Positions 1 through 12,819 of a stretch of DNA of 64,000 nucleotides are shown in pieces. A model generated the notes under the pieces. That model was given only the letters and a program-made list of their open reading frames with translations. It made no database searches and was not told where the DNA came from. Numbering within the stretch: the first letter of the stretch is position 1; each line of letters begins with the position of its first letter. Source of the DNA: Octopus vulgaris (lineage: Eukaryota); NCBI GenBank assembly GCA_951406725.2, contig OX597815.1, positions 210,056,001 to 210,120,000 of the forward strand, in the 5' to 3' direction. Made by a program: the position numbers and the translations under genes.

Positions 1-77
1 GTACTGGTGTTGATCTAATCGACTGGACCCCTCCCCCAAAATTTCGGGCCCTTGTGCCTAGAGTAGACAAGAATATT
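1..77 (+). mobile_element. 3' fragment of SINE family C
   Basis: GTACTGG..GATCTAATCGACT..CCCCCAAAATTTCGGGCC.TTGTGCCTAGAGTAGA matches the 3' ends of the family C copies at 51962-52178 and 54041-54258. Confidence 0.7.
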
Positions 78-2574
78 GATATAATTGATTGAATTAAACC
101 TAATGGAGCCAAGAAAATTATTTCATACGAGAGTTGGAAAGCGAATCTTTTGAAGCAACCGGTAATCAACAGATCGCATTAAGTAACCTACAACCTAAAC
201 ATTGTTGAAAAAACCTCATAAATAATGTTCAGTTTTCAATATCATAATATAAATCGCCTATTTCCTTCCTTCTTCAGACATGAAGATTGAGGACATTTCA
301 AAAATTTATTTGTAGCATATCTACTAATTGCATACATTAGAAACTTGCAGTCCATCGATAATACCGCTATGATCACAACTGGCTGCAAGGAGTGCAAGGA
401 TCTATCATTCCGTGTAAAATTGTTCCGCGCAATACTCGGTGTACACCAAATGTCAGCAAGATTAAATTATTGGTTGTATAATCGAAAGAATGTGCAATGT
501 TTCGGCTCGATGGCCAGCTGATCTAGTTGGTTGGAAGATGCGATCCTTAGTCCTTATATCTACAGTAATTGTTACAATGCTAGAAGATCTGCAGCTGGTT
601 GAGTTTGGATCACTCGACAATGAGCGACCAGAACAGCGTGTCGCATGTTATCTGTGCATCCCTTAATACAAAGACGTGATTGGTACGGTCACTGGTTACT
701 TCAGCTGTTCTGATCATCTATGAGGCATAGCTGCAAATTATAAGGCAATGGTGCAAAGATGACAGCTATGAGCTGTAGGGCTGGCATTACGTACAACAGA
801 TCACTGCAGGAACAGTGAGATCGCATAAGTTCTAGACGAGATAAATAATACTCTTAGACGAAAACAGTGCAAAAGTGGAAACTTAATCATTTTGTACATA
901 TTTACTGTTATCCGGTCAATAGCATCGGACAAGTATATTATTTAGGGCAATCTTCGGTGTGGGTAACCACGTATGTTTATAACGTAAAATGACAAATGGG
1001 TAGCTAATCTACAAATCTCTCTGTGAAAGCTGTTCAGAACCGATTATAGTGGCATTCGTTTGTCAAAGATTTCACCAACTTTAGTTCGTGAGCCGATGTC
1101 CCAATGGAAAAGGTTTGATTTATTTAAAGTTATCAATGATGATTGTATACTTATCTCCATTGTATATTTATCTCCATTGATCCAAAATGTCTCGTTCCTA
1201 CGAGAACAGTTCAGGCAGGGTGTACAGTAGGTTTGTTCTCTAATGGTATCTGAATTTTATTCAAATTAGTCTAAGCAACATTCAAATACTAAGAAGGAAG
1301 AAACAACAATGGCCAAGAGATAGATATTCAGAAGTATCAAATGCGATACGTGAAAAATAGTAAGCAACGATTGCAAAATTAGATCTTTTGAAGTGGGTAA
1401 AATTACGGATAAAGATTTACGTTTTTACTGTTTAGATTTTGTGCTTGCGTTTATAAGCTATTGAACTAGTAATGTAGAATACCTACCGTAAATAACCGGA
1501 AGATTTGCACAGAAAACGTAATAAAAATTGATGTAAGAATGTAATTATTGTATATTTTCATGGGATGAGTTTTAACCTATTTTCTCGGTTTGGGAAATGA
1601 AATTCTATTTCTCTTTTCCTTTAATCATAGGTAAACACGATACTCCATGTGATACAAAATACTTTAAATCTACAGTTAATGAAAATATTTCGATTTAATT
1701 CCAAGGCTAGAATATAATATGTGAAAGAAAATATCTAAATAGTGAATGTCAACAAGTAATAACTTCTAGAAAGCTAAATAAATGTGGCTTATTTTTACAA
1801 ATAAAAAATAAACATGGAACATACAACATAAATGTAAATTATGAAATTGTTTATAAAATCATCCTAATATATCAAAATTGATAAATACCTGGCCCTAGAT
1901 AGATCTCAAAAGTTAAGCCATACTGCATATAGAGATAAAGCAAATTACAGCTCTATGCAACAATGATTTACTTACAGTTGCTCGTAACTTTATAAATACT
2001 ATATCTTTCACTGTCATATAACCTTCCTACTCATAGTTCATACTCATAGCATTTAATAGCCGCGTGTCCAATAGGTCCAACAAAGGGGACAGACAATATA
2101 CGATCTTCAACAGAATAATGGTAACATTATGGTACCATAAACAAGGGAGATGCTTTTCTCTATATTTTCTATACAATAAAACATCTCAGAAGTAAAACCA
2201 ATCTGTAATGATCTGTCTCATAGCGACCTATGTTAAAGTTTCCACAGAACTAATGAAGCAATGCGGGCTTAATTACTTCTGATGTTCTTCAATATACAAT
2301 AATTATCTGCGTTAACCCAAACTTTTTTATCTCACCTAAAGTTACAGAGTCAAACATTCGAGCGTGGACAAAAAGCCCTTCACCATAGTATCATAAACAC
2401 TTACTAATCTAAAATCTGTTTGATTTCGTCTAATAATAGTTATTTCTAGGTTTCTGTATCAGAATATTCCCACATTCTTCTATTTCAGCCTCCCACATCT
2501 GTACTGGATTTCATCCAATCACCTTTTATGCTGCTGCTACTAATAACGATGATAACAACAACAATAATAGTAAT

Positions 2575-3607
2575 AATAAAATGAATAATCTGCACCACTC
2601 GAAGACAGACATTGAACGACTATACCTGCCAAGAAAAGAGGGGGACTGTGGACTTTATAACTGTAATTGACTATGAAGATTGCCAAAATTGGCCTAAAAA
2701 CTTACCTGAAAAACTCTGCGTATTTGATGATAAAATGTGTCATAATCAAGAAAACAAGTAAACATCATGCTCAGTAACAAAACAGGCAAAGAAATATATA
2801 AGCGAATTGCAAATACAACAAATCCCTGACTTAGACATGCTGGGAACAAGCACAAAAGAAATTAAGTGTATGAAAACCCTTGATAGAGCAGTACAGTATA
2901 TTCACTGGGTGATTTACAAAGACTTGAACCTGACCCATGATAAAAACTGGTGGGAATACAAACCACCTCCAGTGCTTGAAAGTGACCACATCTCACTCCT
3001 TTGGAACTTTACTGCTCAAACTGACATAAAGATAGATGCAAATAGGCCAGACATTATATTACAAGATTGCAAACATAAATCATGCCTCCTCAATGATATG
3101 ACTGTCCCGATTGGCATAAATGTATCTATCAAGACCTACCGAAAACTGAACAAGTATAAAGATATTTAAATAGAAATTGGCGAAACGTGGAACCTCAATG
3201 ATAGCAAAAATAACTGCTTGCTACCTATCCCAGATACCAAGAAATCAAAAACTGGAAGAAATTCAAAAACTAGTGCTCATGGGAACTGCTCATATCCAAA
3301 AAAAAAAAAAATCTCTATGTAATCCCTAAAACGTTTCAGTCTAAACAGAATCGAAATACTTTTAAATATAGAAACACCTTTACTGTCATCTTAACATCAC
3401 ACTATCATATTGAAACCAAATTTCTTTTAGAACAATCTTCTAATTTTCTTGTGTTTTCACAGACATTCTCTAGAACAATACTTTGTGCAAAACCAAAAAT
3501 ATGGTATCGTAGTCATAATACCAACTTGAACTTCTAACTTGTCTCTTGATGTCTCTGGGTGAGACTTGGAGTCAAATTGTACAAATACAAAGCAAAATCC
3601 AAACATA
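2575..3607 (+). mobile_element. R4/Dong-like non-LTR retrotransposon, family B, 5'-truncated and degenerate (RT C-terminus, RLE endonuclease, 3' UTR)
   Basis: Translates to HHSKTDIERLYLPRKEG, YIHWVI, LLWNF..TDIKIDANRPDII..DMTVP..K..KY and IQKLVLMGTAHI; flanked by (TAA)n on both sides; 3' UTR shared with 17700-17909 and 54320-54570. Confidence 0.85.
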
Positions 3608-3699
3608 TAATAATAATAATAACAACAACAATAATAATAGTAATAATAATAGTAATAATAACAATAACAATAATAATAATAGTAATAATAATAATAATA

Positions 3700-3757
<58 letters not shown>
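3608..3757. repeat. (TAA)n/(TGA)n microsatellite
   Basis: Direct reading. Confidence 0.95.
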
Positions 3758-3758
<1 letters not shown>

Positions 3759-3796
3759 ACAAATAAATAGAAGAGTGCCATGTCATGTGAAATTTG

Positions 3797-3840
3797 TTGA
3801 ACAATATTTCGGCATCCAGCGTTGCCTTCGACAGGTTCAA
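3797..3840 (-). ncRNA. Minimal type I hammerhead ribozyme-like motif, variant core CUGUCGA
   Basis: Minus strand reads TTGAAC-CTGTCGA-A-GGCA(acgctgga)TGCC-GAA-ATAT-T-GTTCAA: 6-bp stem I, 4-bp stem II, palindromic stem III. Confidence 0.65.
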
Positions 3841-3960
3841 ATATTACATGTCAGTCTACTTCATTATTTGTTAAGACTATAAAGGACCGAGGTATCTCAT
3901 CCAGAATGTATACACAAATAAATAGAAGAGTGCCATATCATGTGAAATTGGTTGAAATTT

Positions 3961-4003
3961 TTGAATCTGTCGAAGGCACGCTAGATGCCGAAATATCGTT
4001 CAA
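3961..4003 (+). ncRNA. Minimal type I hammerhead ribozyme-like motif, variant core CUGUCGA
   Basis: TTGAAT-CTGTCGA-A-GGCA(cgctaga)TGCC-GAA-ATAT-C-GTTCAA; predicted AUC cleavage after 3997. Confidence 0.65.
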
Positions 4004-4064
4004 CCAATTTCTTCTATTTATTTGTGTATAACTTCTGGATGAGTTACCTCGGTCCTATATAGTC

Positions 4065-4111
<47 letters not shown>

Positions 4112-4142
4112 AATAATAATGATAATGATAATAATAATAATG

Positions 4143-4217
<75 letters not shown>

Positions 4218-4220
<3 letters not shown>

Positions 4221-4670
4221 TGCCGATACACACAGATAGAGAAATTAAGGCCAACAGACCAGATATAGTTGTCAGAGATCATGAAGAAAAAAAATGCTTT
4301 CTAATTGATGTATCAATACCGGCAGATGATAACGTGTCTCTAAAAGAAATGGAGAAACTCTCAAAATACAAAGACCTGGAAATAGAGGTAACTAGAATGT
4401 GGAAGCTGAAAACAGAAACAATTCCTATCATAATAGGTGCATTAGGCATGATAAAAAAATATTCAGACAAATACATAACAAAAATACCAGGACTTACAAA
4501 CACATATAACATACAGAAAATTGCACTACTAGGCACTGCACACATCCTACGCAGAACACTTTCCATACAATAACCATCAGAGCATCACAACAAATCACAG
4601 CACATACCCAAGGCACACAGAGCTGCGCTCGGTAGTGAAGTGAAAGCACGCTATAAAAATAAAACTACTG
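4218..4670 (+). mobile_element. R4/Dong-like non-LTR retrotransposon, family A, 5'-truncated (intact RLE endonuclease C-terminus plus 3' UTR)
   Basis: ORF 4220-4573 has RPDIVV..IDVS..E..K..KY.DL..LLGTAHILRR (PD-(D/E)xK RLE); embedded in (TAA)n; nearly identical to 18836-19285. Confidence 0.92.
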
Positions 4671-4815
4671 AATAATAATAATAATAATGATAATGATAAT
4701 AATGATAATGATGATAATAATAATAATAATAATAATAACAACAACAGCAGCAGCAACAACAACTATAACGACAAAAGCAACTAGACGAATTTAACAATAA
4801 AAGATTGTGATTGTG

Positions 4816-4861
<46 letters not shown>

Positions 4862-5037
4862 TATATATTTGGGTATGTATGCAAGTGTGTTTGTGTGTGT
4901 GTGGCTAAAGGATAGTTTTAATGCTTGAAACTCGAAGTAATTTTCAGCTTAAAGAAAAGAAGGTACTTTGTGTATGATGTAGTTTTTCTTTTTCCTTTTT
5001 TTCTTTATAATAAATTCTTTATAATAAGCATACATTC

Positions 5038-5109
<72 letters not shown>

Positions 5110-6340
5110 ACATACGCACACATATGTAACACATGAACATATATATCTAGTTACATATGTAAATAATGTTTATATGTATTTATGTCTACGCATATGAAAG
5201 CATACACATACATCAACATATTCATGCATGTGTGTATGGGTGTGTAATGCAACATCCATAACCCAGACAGTTTGTTTCTTTCTTTGTCTGGTTTATTTGT
5301 CCTCATAGACATTTTATTTGTTGTTGTTTCTTTTATAGTCAAAGAGTGCAGACATGTTGCTCAGAGCTTTGCGCACTTTGACATAACAAAAAAAAAAAAT
5401 TCTTTGAGGCATACGCGATTTTTTCTTCTCTTTTTTTTTTCTGTGAAAACCAAACAACAGACTTTATATATAAGAAACCGAAAACATTTTTTTTTTTTAA
5501 ATTACAACAAATTTTCCGCATATGTTTCGTTCTATAAAATTTTGTTTCTGTAAAATTTTTCCTAAACTTACTTTCATAAACATCCTCCAACGGAAACTAA
5601 TTATAATTTTGGACTCATATTTTTAGCCTTACCAATTATCTGGAAACTTGTCAATGTCGTTCATATGTTGCACAAAATAAGGAGAGTTGATAATATAACT
5701 TTATTTAATTATATTCAAGCATTGAGGGTCTGTATTATGAAACATCTTTTGATGTAATGAATTCTATAAATATTGCTGTTCCGAAATATGAACTAAATAT
5801 ACATGGTTTCATTTTGGCCTTTGAACAACAAAGCCATAAATGTCATACTACAAATTCAACAAGTATTTCACTCATGCACAGGTTAATTAATCTCATTTAA
5901 AATTATATCCATTGATATCAGTTTCTCATGCCAACAAGCAGAGATAACGGTGCTGCAAAATTCAGTTGTTTAGTTCCAAGCTGACTTGATTGGATATTGA
6001 CAGATATAATTGATTTCTATAATCAAAAGTATCCACAATTTCAGATGACGACGTATATAGTTAAACTACGTGTGCGTTTAATTACTTGCGTTAAGAAAAT
6101 TAACAGCCCTATAATTTTCACCTTCATCATTTGGAAATTAGTCCTAATACTTATTCTTGAATAATATCGGACCACTAATTTGCAGAAGGATTGTAATTTG
6201 TTTAAAAGCTGAATACCGGCTTTACTAAACTGATTCAATTTTCAAACCGTTTCTTTCATAATATCTAACTGAAAAGGGCAGATAATATTTTACTGTTGCT
6301 ATACTATTAAACGGAATACGTTACGGTATCTATTTACAGC

Positions 6341-6409
6341 AAGGCGGCGAGCTGTCAGAATCGTTAGCACGCCGGGCGTGTTTAGCCTCTAGTGAGTAGT
6401 AAAGAAATA
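6341..6409 (+). mobile_element. Internally deleted SINE family C with 16-bp TSD
   Basis: Head AAGGCGGCGAGCTG..GCACGCCGGGCG joined to tail GTGTTTAGCC..AAAGAAATA; TSD GGTATCTATTT(A/G)CAGC at 6325 and 6410. Confidence 0.8.
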
Positions 6410-6639
6410 GGTATCTATTTGCAGCATCACTGTTCGATATTCATATACACATATATAAACAGACATTCCCTATCAAAGCAAATCACGTGTGTTTGTTCAC
6501 TAACCAACTGCGGAACCCTCATCCATTGTTTAACTACTGGAGAGTCCATAAGATATATGTTTACATATATTACTCTTATGTTCTAAAGAAAATTGACGAG
6601 ATGCTTCTTGAACTGACATCATTTAAGTAATTCTTGCTA

Positions 6640-6805
6640 TTACAAGACCTGTAATTTTGGAGAGAGTGGTTAGTCGATAACATCGACATCATAACTCTAC
6701 TCATTTTACTACCTCGAAAGGATGAAAACTGAACCTAAAGCCGGAATAAATATATTTAAGCATTACTGTCCGGCGCATTAACGTTTCTACCAACCAGCTG
6801 CCTTA
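6640..6805 (-). mobile_element. Degenerate SINE family C
   Basis: CGAAAGGATGAAA motif and ..AACGTTTCT.CCA.C..GCTGCCTT head remnant. Confidence 0.55.
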
Positions 6806-7764
6806 TTTAAATTAATCATAAAGTACTTTAGAAAGATAATTAAGTCGTTATTACTTATAAGTAGAAGTGTTTAACATAATTAAGGATAATTTAAAATTTC
6901 GCAATCCTTCTGAATTTAATGCGAAGACCGAAAGTCGAACTGATACTAAAATACCACTTGCTTAGTTTAGTTCACTGAGTGTCAAAGGGTGATTTTAATT
7001 TACAAGCATTACATATGGTAGCATATCAATTGACGATGTCTGCTGTTTTCTAATGGAACGTCAATCCATCGTTTGAGGTTAATCGAAGAATTTTATGTCC
7101 CCAGTGTAAAATTGTCAACAAGCTAAATTATTATCAAACAGACCATTATTTAAGGGCTTTCAAATTACATATCCCCACCTACAGAGCATATTCCTTTTCT
7201 TAAGCCGGTATGTGGTCATTTTAAAGAGATGTCGCTGGTTACCTAACGCGTAATGTTTCTAGTGTTGACTGATAATTACTTAGCTTAATTTAGGGGTGGT
7301 ATATGTAATTTAAGAACTGCAAATCTTACTCTTTTGCATTTTTCTTTTAATAGTTAAAGGCAACATATATATCATAATACGAGATTACAAATTATGCTTG
7401 CGGTCCAACTGTTTTTCTTGATACAACAATTTTCATATAAATGGGAAAATATGAGTATAGTCTTTAATATAATTATATGTAAATTTAGTTATTTAAAACT
7501 GAACATCTATAGCTAAATACCTCACAGAAAATACTTGCCTTCAGATACATGAATATTATTTCAAATTGATTCGTGAATTGTTTCATTGTCATAATTCAGT
7601 CATTGAATTTATTTGCTATTGAATTTATTTTCCTTTCCCACTTCTTTTACGTAGACTTTATTGATAGGCAGGTATATTTTCTACAAATTTTACGAACCAA
7701 AACCATCTCCAGCAATTTGATCAATTATTGTATGGAGACGCATATACTTGACAAAAACTCTGTA

Positions 7765-7849
<85 letters not shown>

Positions 7850-8182
7850 AGGTGTGTAAGTGTGTGTGTGTGTGTGTGTGTACAACAATACCGCCTTAAG
7901 CTATATCCTTACTAGAAGTAAAATCCGTATGAAGGGCAGTCACTGAATATCAATTTATGTTGTAATATATACAACAAAATCAGCTTAAGTCATGAAAGCC
8001 TAGACAAGATTAACACTATGAAATTTAGAACTTCACGGGAGGAAATGTATGCATACGCCACCATTTCTGTAACAGATATCATAATGGTTTGGACACCTTA
8101 GCAGCAGCATTTAGTCCAGTGTTGCTAACTGCATTAAAAAGTAAACGCTGCCTAGGAATTAATAGGCAAGTAGGAGCAAAAC

Positions 8183-8517
8183 ATCATGGCTCAGTGGTTA
8201 GAGCGTCGAGCTTATGATCGTGAGGTTGTGAGCTCGAATCCCGGACCGGGCTGCGTGTTGTGTTCTCGAGCAAGGCACTTTATTTCACGTTGCTCCAGTT
8301 CACTCAGCTGTAGAAATGAGTTGCGACGTCACTGGTGCCAAGCTGTATGGGCCCCTTTGCCTTTCCCTTGGATAACACTGGTGGCGTGGAGAGGGGAAGC
8401 TGGTATGCATGGGCGACTGCTGGCCTTCCATAAACAACCTTGCCCGGACTTGCGTCTAGGAGGGTAACTTTCTAGGTGCAATCCCATGGTCATTCATGAC
8501 CGAAGGGGGTCTTTACC
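8183..8517 (+). mobile_element. tRNA-derived SINE (family D; central core shared with 37745)
   Basis: Box A TGGCTCAGTGG, box B-like AGCTCGAATCC, core TTGTGTTC.(C/T)GAGCAA..CACTT.ATTTCACGTTGCTCCAGT.CACTCAGCTG. Confidence 0.85.
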
Positions 8518-8798
8518 TATATATATATACAGAGGGAGAGAGAGAGGGAATGTTAATTATGGCTGATTCGTATGGTTACCCAGGGTTTCGCGTCCATAAT
8601 AAAATTTGTGTATGTATGTATGTATGTATGCATGTACAAAAGTATTTTGCCGGCATATTGTGACGAGTGTCCATTACGTGTAGGCTTTATGTTGTATGTG
8701 TAGAGGGGTTTCTTTTTCAAGGTCAGTATTCTGTGATTGTTAGTCATATTCTTCTGCTTGAAAGAGATCAAGATATTTATCAGAAGAGATCAAGATAT

Positions 8799-9377
8799 AA
8801 GGCGGCGAGCTGGCAGAATCGTTAGCACGCCGGGCGAAATGTTTAGCAGTATTTCGTCTGCCGTTACGTTCTGAGTTCAAATTCCGCCGAGGTCGACTTT
8901 GTCTTTCATCCTTTCGGGGTCGATAAATTAAGGACCAGTTACGTACTGGGGTCGATATAATCGACTTAATCCTTTCGTCTGTCCTTGTTTGTCCTCTCTG
9001 TGTTTAGCCCCTTGTGGGTAGTAAAGAAATAAGAATTTCGTTTGCCGCTGCGTTCTGAGTTCAAATTCCGCCGAGGTCGACTTTGTCTTTCATCCTTTCG
9101 GGGTCGATAAATTAAGGACCAGTTACGTACTGGGGTCGATATAATCAACTTAATCCTTTCGTCTGTCCTTGTTTGTCCTCTCTGTGTTTAGCCCCTTGTG
9201 GGTAGTAAAGAGATAAGAATTTCGTTTGCCGCTGCGTTCTGAGTTCAAATTCCGCCGAGGTCGACTTTGTCTTTCATCCATTCAGAGTCGATAAATTAAG
9301 TACCAGTTACGCAATCGACTTAATCCCTTTGTTTGTCCCCTCTATATTTTGCCCCTTGCGGGCAATAAAGAAATAAG
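8799..9377 (+). mobile_element. SINE family C: one head plus three tandem bodies, with 15-bp TSD
   Basis: 184-bp body restarts at about 9033 and 9217; TSD AAGAGATCAA(G/A)ATAT at 8784 and 9378. Confidence 0.9.
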
Positions 9378-9645
9378 AAGAGATCAAAATATTTATAGAA
9401 ACTTCCGTTCTCGTCCTTGACAATTATACGTCGGGAATTCTAAATAATCACGCTTCAGATAACTGAACCCCATCATCTCTATATACCAGTGCTTCATACT
9501 TGCTTATAACACTTCTCCATTTTCCAGTCGAGGTCTCAAAATTTCACAAAGAGACACAACTAATCTTTCAATTTTGTTTGTAGATAAAACGTAATTTTCA
9601 AAGATTAGACCGCCAGATATAACGATATAAGTTCTGTTACTGATC

Positions 9646-10064
9646 TACTCTTTTACTCCTTTACTTGTTTCAGTCATTTGACTGCGGCCATGCTGGAGCA
9701 CCGCCTTTAGTCGAGCAAATCGACCCCGGGAATTATTCTTTGTAAGCCCAGTACTTATTCTATCGGTCTCCTTTTGCCGAACCGCTAAGTGACGGGGACG
9801 CAAACACACCAGCATCGGTTGTCAGGCAATGCTAGGGGACCAACCACAGACACAAACACACATACACATACATATATATATATATATATATACATATATA
9901 CGACAGGCTTCTTTCAGTTTCCGTCTACCAAATCTACTCACAAGGCATTGGTCGGCCCGGCGCTATAGCAGAAGACACTTGCCCAAGATGCCACGCAGTG
10001 GCACTGAACCCGGAACCATGTGGTTGGTTAGCAAGCTACTTACCACACAGCCACTCCTGCGCCT
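9646..10064 (-). mobile_element. tRNA-derived SINE family A (about 410 bp, internal TA/TG microsatellite)
   Basis: Reverse complement of AGGCGCAGGAGTGGCTGTGTGG..GGTTCAGT.CC..GAAACAAGTAAAAGAG; high identity to the other copies. Confidence 0.92.
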
Positions 10065-10379
10065 GATTATAATGTTGCAAAAGTTTCATCATCTTCGTTT
10101 CTAAGCCACATATTTTACTCGTTTTATATGACTAGACACTGATCATGGACAGTGCCATTTGTAACTCTCCTTAGTGTCTGCGACTGCTAGTCTTTCTTAG
10201 CTATCTCTTTGATTCACTTTGTCTTCGGTGCGTATTTTAAATTATTAGCCATGGAGTGTTTTTCCTCTACAATTCTCTTTGGTATATTTTAAAAGCCATT
10301 TTCATTTTAATTTTGTCTTTATTTTGAATTTCTCTTTCACTATACGTCTTGTAGACCGTAGACCGATTAAAAATTTTTA

Positions 10380-10792
10380 ATCTTTTCGGTTTGAACGGTA
10401 GTTTTTAACATAATTTCTAGGTAACTAAAAATGTTAAACTTCGTATACTGGTAGAATGTGTTTATAAAACATCTTTTTCTGTTGGCTTTATTGAGAAAAT
10501 TCTATAGTTTGTAAGATATTTGTTGTTTTTTTTCTTCAATATCTGCAATTTCAACCAATCAATGACGTCTATTGAGTTAAAAAGCATTCTGTGCCATATG
10601 ACTATGTCCCTCGTTTAAGAAACAGATTGGGTTTATTTACATTTGTGAAGAAAAAAGATACCCTTCCCCACCCCTAACCCTAACCCTAAAAGAGATTGAA
10701 ATGCAATAGATCGATACTAGGGTCATAATTATGGGTGACAATTTCATATGACACCGCTAGAAAAAAAACTGCCGTTCAAACCGAAAAGATCC
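10380..10792. mobile_element. MITE / non-autonomous DNA transposon with about 27-bp TIRs
   Basis: ATCTTTTCGGTTTGAACGGTAGTTTTT ... AAAAACTGCCGTTCAAACCGAAAAGATCC; internal (CCCTAA)3 at about 10672-10689. Confidence 0.85.
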
Positions 10793-12309
10793 AACATTTT
10801 TTCTTTAGTCTCTGAATTAATGGTGACTGAATTAATGTTCTAGTTTATTCATTATTGTTTCTTTATGTGGAAAAAACTGTTATTGTTTTTTTTTTATTAT
10901 TATTTTCTTTTCGCATGATTCCATGTTAGACTTGTGATCTTTCTTTCCCTTTATAATCTTATGTTTGTCCTGCAATATCCGTTCCCTTTTTGATGTGCAG
11001 TGTTAGTATTGGAGCTGCTTTATCTATATATACCTGCTGTTTAGAGAATAACACATTTTTACAGTAGCCTTTTTAGTTTTCGTAAGATGTTTTATATTTC
11101 GAAAGAAATAGCATGTCTGTTGTACAGTAAAGACGTAATAATTTGCTAGTTGTCGAGAAAAATCTTTAGGTTTTTGTGTTTTTCGGGCTAACCAGAATTT
11201 CGTTCTGGGAAATCAATATTGATTTCCCCTCCAGCAATCATACAGTTATTAATTCTAGTCTAGTTGCTAGTTAATTCAGTATTAGTTAATACTTAACTAG
11301 TTATTGATATTATATTAGTTGCGTGGCATTGAGTCAAAATTTGAAACCGTTATATATTAGTTGAATTTATTATTGTTATTATTGTCAAAGTTTTTGGAAT
11401 ATAATTATACTAAGAATAATAATCTTAATATAAATGCGTGAACGGAATATGTTCGTTAATGATTCATTATGTGTTTTAAGTTGTTCCTACACAGTTGAAG
11501 TATACTTATAAATCTGAATGTACGCCAATCTTATTAAAGCCAGCATCTTCTGTGTTTTCTGATTTGTATGTTCTTTGTCGTGGTTTTATAATACTAACGT
11601 TACGTAAAACTATTAATTGCAGAATTAACTAATTTTGTTGTTCTGCAGTCGTAGCCTTACTATTTGGTATTCACAAGAAAAAAAGTTATTTACCTATGTG
11701 TAAATCCTCTCTTTGCTATTCAAAACAAAGTATTTACCTTTGAATAAATCTTATGTAATAACATTATATATATATACTATCATTCTGGCTTCTGTTTTCT
11801 TCTTTATATTACACATGGAGTTTATTTAAAAGATTTGCTTAAGTCCAAACATCATCAAGGGAAAACCACCATAAAAAATACGAAGATACAAAAATTGTAA
11901 AAACATGTAGATATTGAAAGGTTTACAGTCGTTGGTCACACACACAGTTAACAAATGCATTAGCTTTATGATTTAGCTGAATAAATAAAGATTAATGACA
12001 ACATGTTGCGTGTGCAGATGCTCATTCTGAGCAAAAATCGAGGAGTGCCAAAACAATTGCAGAAATAAGTATGACAATAATGATTAAGCAATGAAAACGA
12101 CGATGAAGACAACGATGATGATGATGATGGTGGTGGTAGTGATGTTAGTTGCGAGTTGTGGTCTCATATTTTTCATTCACGCAGATATAATATTTAGAGC
12201 AGTTGACATACAAAGCAACTATGGATACATGGTGAATAATATACAAACATACTAGGAGGAATATAATAGAAGAGTATTTTGCAGCCAGCCATCACTCATG
12301 TATACACCA

Positions 12310-12705
12310 CAAGCAGTATCGCCCGGCGTTGCTCGGGTTTATAAGGGAAATAACTATATAAGCATTTTTAGAGATGTAAAGCATAATAGCCATCTCAATA
12401 TGGCTAACCACAAGGGGGGTGGGTTACTGTAGCTTTTTACGTTCTGAGATTTAATAATACATTTTTAGAGAGTTACTTCCCTTATATATGCCAAAAATGC
12501 ATTAAAAATGGGAAAAATTGATGGTAAATTTTCTTTTAAATCGTTGACTCATTGTAGACGCGCGCTAATACTCAGAAGGGCTCGATATGAATCACGACTA
12601 TAAGATACCCGGTTTTGGTTAAACTGCACCGCAAAATGTGGGAGTAGTTAGGAATCCAAATCGTAGGAGACAGACAGCACACAACCTCTCTTTTATATAT
12701 AAAGA
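12310..12705 (-). mobile_element. Non-autonomous Helitron-like element
   Basis: Minus strand starts TCTTTATATATAAAAG and ends with hairpin CCCGAGCAACGCCGGG plus CTTG (CTAG in the sister copy at 57474-57862). Confidence 0.8.
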
Positions 12706-12819
12706 TATACCTCGCTTTCGCTAAATGTTTTATGTGTCTATGTAGCCGCCAGCCGACTTATACACCTGAAGACGATCTCACATACAACGCCGAGGAACAT
12801 CTAGGATATGACATCTGGG

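Larger units (their letters stand above)
3758..4068. mobile_element. PLE pseudo-LTR-like fragments in tandem plus inverted arrangement
   Basis: The unit TTAAGACTATA..CACAAATAAATAGAAGA..GAAATTGGTTGAA is repeated directly (3758, 3871) and inverted (3961-4068); carries two HHR motifs. Confidence 0.7.

Noticed and set aside
8799-9377. CRISPR-like or satellite array
   Set aside because: Tandem SINE bodies with no unique spacers, in a eukaryotic context
10672-10689. Telomere or chromosome fusion site
   Set aside because: Only three units, lying inside a TIR element
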